Shown in pieces: positions 58,444 through 64,000 of a DNA stretch of 64,000 bases. Each line of letters begins with the position of its first letter. Position 1 is the first letter of the stretch. The DNA lies in contig CBFFRQ010000054.1 of NCBI GenBank assembly GCA_965644315.1, forward strand, positions 372,001-436,000, given 5' to 3'. Below the pieces are notes generated by a model that saw only the letters and a list, made by a program, of their open reading frames with translations, searched no databases and was not told the origin of the DNA. Position numbers and translations under genes: made by a program. The DNA comes from Caecitellus pseudoparvulus (lineage: Eukaryota > Protista > Bigyra: Bicosoecida).

Positions 58444-60024
58444 GTGGCTCACGTGGCTGGGAGCAGGCAGATTCCTGTCTGCACTGTTAGTGCCTTTGCG
58501 GCAGCCTCCTTGCTGTGGCGGGGAGGCTCTGCACAGTACCCAGTGCCAGACTCCCTCATTGAGTGTCCTAGCGAATTTGATCGCTCCCCGACACTCGTGT
58601 GGACACGACCGCGCTTGCGCTTGGCCACGTGGAATATGGAGTGGTGAGTTGCGTGAAATCGGCCGCTGCACCCCGGCTGCACCAGGCTCGTCATGCAGGC
58701 TGCAGGGCACGTACGGGTGCTCCTACACAGGTTTTACGACGACAAGCCCCCCTACGCAAACCGGGGCCCTCCCCATCGACGCAGCGCTTCAAGAGCGCAT
58801 CAACAATTTCACGGAGGTCATGGGGCAGCTGCAGCGCCGGACGTGGAACCTGAACGAAATCGAAGGGTGCTTCATGCTGAACCGCCTCTTCAACGGCAGC
58901 AGTCTCGCCTCTGCCGCCTTCGTGTACTCCGTCGCTGTGGGGCGCAGCGACGACACGGGCATCGGGGCAGCACTTGGGCCTGCTCAGCCGGGTTCCCGTC
59001 ACGGCGCCGCCGGCCTTCTCCACCGCCCGCGCCGACATCCCCCTGAACGACCTCCCGCTGCGGCTGGGTGGGCAGCAAGACGACGGGCGCCAGCAAGCAC
59101 TACGTGGCTCAGGCGTCTGCTCCCCCTTCGGCACCATCATCCTGGGCGGCGTGCACTTCAAGTTCGCTGCCCCCAACGACCCCCTCCCGCGCCCAACGTG
59201 AGGGCCAAGCACAGGTGTTTGTGAACGCCGTGCAAGCAGCGCTGGACGCCGCAGAGCGGCCCTGCCCACGTCGTGGTCTTTGGCGACTTCAACGACTTCC
59301 CTCAGCAACGCCGTGCCCGACGTCAGCGGCAGCCAGGCCGGCTCCTCGTGTTCTGGAGTGGGTCACGCGGCGCCTGGATCTGCGGGCCGTCGCACACACC
59401 GTGCCACAGGACGACAGGCACACGTGGGGCCCTAGCTCCTCCTTCCCGGCGTCGCAGCTGGACCACATGCTGGTGTCGCCGTCACTCTTCCGGCACCTGG
59501 CCAGCGTGGACATCTACCGTAACGCCAGCACCTTCCCCAGCCTCAGCGACCACGCCCCCATCATCGCCACCTTCACACACAGCGCCAACCGCACGGTCCC
59601 TGACCCGGCTCCCGGCCTGCAGCCTTTCTGCCCTTCCGCCCACCCTCCCGTGGCTGCGCCGCCCGCCCCAGCCTGCTCCCCAGTGCAGCCCCTCTCCAGA
59701 CGCCTCCCCTCACCGCCCGCCACCCCCAGCGCATCCCCCTCCACCTCCCCAGCAGCACCCAGCGGCGGCAGCAGTGGCAAGGGCCCCGACGCTGGGGGTG
59801 TGTCTCCCCCGGTGCCACAGGCGGCATCGCCGCGGGCACGTTCCTCGTCGGCTTGGCGGTGGGGTGGTCTCGTGCACATGCTCTGCAGTCCCCGCCGCTC
59901 GGGACCACCTCCCGCACCAAACTGCCTGACACCTACCAAGGCATGGAGGCGGGCGGGGGGGTGCCAAGGGCGCTCCTCCCTGCGTGTCTGCCCGGACCGC
60001 GTGGAGCTGGTACAGCAAGCGTGA
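58444..60024 (+). CDS. Endonuclease/exonuclease/phosphatase (DNase I-like) family protein, probably secreted or membrane-anchored; multiple apparent frameshifts
   Basis: Motifs in order across frames: LRLATWNMEW, LNEIEGCFMLN, GLLSRVP, GVHFK, REGQAQV, VVFGDFND, QLDHMLVS, LSDHAPIIATF, then a Pro/Ser-rich stalk. Confidence 0.75.
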
Positions 60025-60115
60025 GGACTGCACCGCCCGGCCAATGCAAGTGTGCTGCTGCAGAGGGTTGCGGCGTCGTCGTGAGCCGTGCATTGGTGCG
60101 GCGACGGCAGCCGCC

Positions 60116-61645
60116 TCATCGGACCCACCCCCCATTGCCCTTCGTGATGCTCCTGGAGGCCGTCCAAAGCCCGTCGTCGCCTGCCATGACGGGGTTGCCC
60201 TTCAGCATGACGCGGTAAATGGTGGGGATCTGCAGCAGCACCGGCGGCAGGGTTGTCAAGGCATTGCCGTTGGCCAGCACAGTCTTGAGCAGGCGAGTGC
60301 AGGATGCCAGGCCAGCCGGCAAGGTAGGTCGGGCTGGTTGGCGCCGACGTTGAGGATTTCCAGCGCTGCCATGGCGCCGATGCCTTCTGGCAGGGCGGTG
60401 AGTTTGTTCCCCTTCAAGTTCAACGTCGTGACGGCGGTGAGCGGAGCCAGGCGCGCGTCAGCACCTCTGCCGAGCTGGCAGGAGTTCTGCAGGGGGTGCA
60501 GACCGCGTTTCGTGCAGTGTGCGGGAGCTTGGCGGTACAGGGGCGCCATGGGGCGACGACGCACCATGTCCAACATCTTCAGCGCCGGCGCGGCTGAGCC
60601 CAAGTCAGCAGCTCCGTGAGGGGGTTCTGGTGCAGCTGCAGCTGCTCCAGCGTCGCGGCAGGGCCAGCAAGGGACGGCAGCATGACCATGGTGTTCCTGC
60701 ACAGGCGGTGGTCAGTGTGTGGGGCGGTGCAGGGCTGCGGCTCGGCGTGGCGGGTGCACCTACGCAAAGGCTGCAATGCGCGTGACTGCCGTCCATTGCG
60801 ACAGGTCCGGCAGTGTCTTGAGCCGGTTGTCCGCGACATTGAAGTCCAGCATGGCAGTGCACTTGAAATGGACGCCAAGGCGGATGAGGGAGTTGTTGAA
60901 GAAGTTTGCTTCTTGCAGGTGGGTGAGGCCGCCGATGTCCTCGGGCAGCGCCTTGAGCTCGTTTTTGAAGGCTATGAGGACGCTCAGGCTCGCAGCCACA
61001 GAGGGAGTCTGGCAGACTGGTCAGGCTGTTCTCACTGACATCCAGGCGCTCCTGCGTTGAGTTGAGTGTGGCCGGGTGTCGTGGCGCAGCAAGTGAGGTG
61101 CAGTGCCGCAGCAGCAGCAAGCCGCGGAGGCCAGCTGCCCTGCAACTAGTTGCGGACACGGTGAGCGGCAGCCCGCCACGGAGCCACCTCCACAGCGACT
61201 CATTAAGGCCATGCCTGTCTTCGCTGCGCCTGCAGCCTCGCCTGTCCCCGGCTCGGACACAAAGGCACGCACCAGGAGAGGGAAACGCTCCCAGCTCGGC
61301 CGGCAGCTCTGTGAGGAGTGTTTCCGCTGGCATCCAGCTCGCGGAGGGCGCTGAACACAAGCAGCCCAGGGGGGAAACGCCGCGAACTTGCCCCTTGATG
61401 CTGAGCTTGCGCACAGCGCTGACGTCGGCGCCTTGCAGTGCGCCTGGGATCTCCAAGCTCACGCCGCTGGCCGCTGACAAGTCCAGATCCCCTCCTGCCT
61501 GCGCGGCTTCCAGCGGCGAGGAGCTGCAGGCGCCTCCTGACCCACTGGCTGCCGGCTGGGCGGTGTCCTGTGCAGGGTTCTTGACAGAGGTGCCCACGCC
61601 GACAGTGCTGTCTGCTGTGGCAGCCTTGGAGCTGCCACAGCCCAT
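60116..61645 (-). CDS. Leucine-rich repeat protein with an MGCGSSK acylation motif; introns and apparent frameshifts
   Basis: LDVSENSLTSLP, FKNELKALPEDIGGLTHLQEANFFNNSL, FNVADNRLKTLP, LNLKGNKLTALPEGIG, ANGNALTTLP. Confidence 0.75.
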
Positions 61646-61789
61646 TGTGCCGGGAGCAAACCGCAGGCGGCCGCCGGCGCACTCGCGGCAGACTCGCACA
61701 ATGCAAGCGATAGCGAAGACGAGCTGCTCCTCGCACATGCACACAGTTGACTGATTTGACGTTGAGACCCTACCCGTACCGCGGCAGCC

Positions 61790-62537
61790 ATGTACAGGGG
61801 CCGTGGAGGTGGGCGAGGCGGCCGAGGCGGAGGCCGGGGGCGTGGGCGTGGGCGGGCGGCGGCCGCGGGGGCTTTGGTGGCCGTGGGGGCTACGATCAGG
61901 GCCCTCCTGAGGCATGTTGGAGGGTGCGTGTGCTCGCGTGCTGGGCGCGTGGCGCGGCGGCGCCGGTGAGCTGCAGCTGCTGCACGCGTTGAATTTCCGC
62001 ACCTGCAGAGGTTGGCGAGTACCAGCACGAAGCGGAGGGCGAGATGGTGTGCAACAGCACTCACGAGAAGGTGCCCTACTTCAACGCGTACATCTTCCTG
62101 GAGAACAAGACCCAGATTGGCAAGGTGGAGGAGGTCTTCGGCCCCACCACACAGGTGGTGCGTGTTCCCGCCTGCTGGTGTGCCAGCCTTTGACCTCACC
62201 CCGACCCGTCTCCCACCCCTCGCCGCAGATGTTCACCGCCGCGCTCCAACGGCGTCGTCGCGTCCTCCTTCAAGAAGGGTGACAAGGTGTAAGACACCCC
62301 CGACAAGCTCCTGCCCATGTCTCGCTTCCTGCCCCAGCCCAAGGGCAGTGGTGGCTCCAAGGGCCGCGGTGGTGGTCGCGGTGGTCGCGGAGGTGGTCGC
62401 GGTGGAGGTCGCGGCCGTGGTGGTCGTGGTGGCGGCTTTGGTGGCCGTGGTCGCGGTGGCTTCGGTGGGGCGCGGTGGTGGCCGCGGGCGGGGTGGTGGC
62501 TTCGGCGGAAGCCGGCCGTGGTCGAGGCCGCTACTAA
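61790..62537 (+). CDS. GAR1: H/ACA snoRNP subunit Gar1; introns and apparent indels
   Basis: RGG-rich ends, [61 protein letters not shown]. Confidence 0.9.
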
Positions 62538-62599
62538 GCCCCCCCCCTCCACCTCCCAAGCACAGTGTGCCGCAGACCCTCCCGTCAGGGTGGTTGAGC

Positions 62600-63955
62600 A
62601 CCCCAAGCCACTCGCCAGGCACACGGGAACGACGGCCACACACGCCGCAGTGGCTTCCCACCCCCTGTGGCAAGGCCACAGTGGCTTCCTGCCCGCCCAG
62701 CTGAAGAATGCACCGCCCTCGCCCTGCTCAGCCGTCGCCACTGCCACCCCCTGCCCTCGCCCTCGCTGTGCGAGTCTGTGTCTGACAGGGTGATGACACC
62801 CCCCTCCCCCCTCTGCCAGAGCCGCTGACACGCTCGCCGGTGGGGTCCGAGGTCCCCCCTCCTCCTCCTCCGCCGAGGCACAGGCGTCAGGGGGCTGTGG
62901 TGGCACGCCCCCTCGCCCTCCACTGAGCTACAGGGGGCATGCCCACCACTGCTCGCTTGGCATTGGATGCCAGCGCACTGCCGGCACCGGCCTGGGAGAA
63001 GGCGTGTGCAGCACATCCAACAGACGGCGCACTTTGGCCTCTCCCAGCCCCGGGCACGCACGCAGGGCGGCAGGGCTGGCCGGCCACAGCGCCTGCCACA
63101 GAGGTCGTGTTCAGCAGCGTCAGCGCGTCGGTTTTGTTCACGCCCCGCACCCTACCCAGGGCGCCTTGCACCGTTGCCACGAAGCCCTTCGAGGCCTTGG
63201 GCTTGATGGTCACCATGCCTTTCTTCTCGTACGCCTTGTATGTCTCCAGGTACCTGACGTGGCGCGCGTGTGCGCAGTGTGGTCCACGCGCTGACCCACA
63301 ACGCTGCGCTGACCGGAGTGACTCACCGAGCTGACTCCGCCGCTGACCACGTCACTATGGCGGTGAAATCATTCAGCACAGCCTGGTGACACAGCTCTTT
63401 GCAAGGGGTGAGTGCTGTCATCCACATCAATCTGCGCACTCAGGTGGGGGCGGTGCGGAGAGCGTGACATGTGTGTGGCCACCGCTCACCGCACCTGGAT
63501 CAGCAGCACACGCAGTTGAAACTCCGAACGCAAGCTCATCATGCGTTTGAAGGCATACTGTGGGTGCAGCAAGTGGTACCGATGGAGATGAAGAGGGCGG
63601 CAGAGGTGGGGCTCAAGATGAAGTCGGGCTTGATGTCAGCGTACTCCCACGCCACCTGGCGAACATGGACAAGAGGGGGTTGCCCTGCTGTCGGCGTGCG
63701 ACGAGTAGATTTGCACCAGAGCCCACGGCATGTAGGGGAGTGGCGGGCGGGGGTCTCCGCCCGCCACGGGGCTGGTGCTGGCACAAGTGCTGGCGCAGGT
63801 GTTGGCGCCAACGAGGCTCAGGCAGCGGCTGCGCGACGGCGCCAAACGCCGCTGCGAAGCCGCTGGACTGAGCAGGATCCGAACGGCGGCAATGACGGCT
63901 GCACTCGCCGCTCCTCTGCAGCAGCCTCAGCCGCCTCCAGGTCTGGAATGTCCAT
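62600..63955 (-). CDS. ERCC1: DNA excision repair protein ERCC1 (Rad10); both ends approximate, introns and indels
   Basis: PLVHVRQVAWEYADIKPDF, ALFIS..HLLHPQY, LRVLLIQ, WSAAESAR-YLETYKAYE, HhH-like LGRVRGVNKTDALTLL. Confidence 0.85.
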
Positions 63956-64000
63956 GGTCAGGCCTCGTGCACCGGTGGCCCGAGTACTACCGCAACGCAG

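Noticed and set aside
52390-63955. Programmed frameshifting, RNA editing or pseudogene status for HisRS, ACS, GAR1, ERCC1
   Set aside because: Positional clustering and otherwise intact catalytic motifs point to consensus indel errors.

Overview
Gene-dense, GC-rich eukaryotic nuclear DNA in the standard genetic code, with short GT-AG introns of about 60-90 nt. The outer-arm dynein and OFD1-like genes indicate a flagellated organism; a heterotrophic stramenopile-like protist is my guess and is not shown by the sequence. I can support about 24 protein genes: an OPR-like helical-repeat protein, OFD1-like, an actin-related protein, outer-arm dynein heavy chain (DNAH5/8 type), an EP400/SWR1-like protein with a degenerate ATPase, PGM3, a DUF1057-like hydrolase, GCDH, an FMR1/FXR-like KH protein, RPS6, two ankyrin paralogues, MerC-like, SRPK, a CENP-E-like kinesin, a WD40 fusion, HisRS, WDR82, acetyl-CoA synthetase, a secreted Cys-rich protein, an EEP nuclease, an LRR protein, GAR1 and ERCC1. 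There is also one tRNA-Lys(CTT). The most interesting part is 31.8-41 kb. (i) An FMRP-like KH0-KH1-KH2-NES-RGG gene lies head-to-head with RPS6. (ii) RPS6 has a predicted 404-nt 5'-UTR intron packed with hairpins. (iii) A diverged inverted duplication of modular 38-aa ankyrin genes, variable at DARPin-like surface positions, encloses a ~2 kb low-GC island with no recognisable gene (candidate centromere core or mobile/viral relic). (iv) The adjacent tRNA-Lys carries initiator-tRNA-like A1:U72 and A54/A60. From ~52 kb onward conserved genes carry frameshifts that are most likely assembly errors, so coordinates there are approximate.
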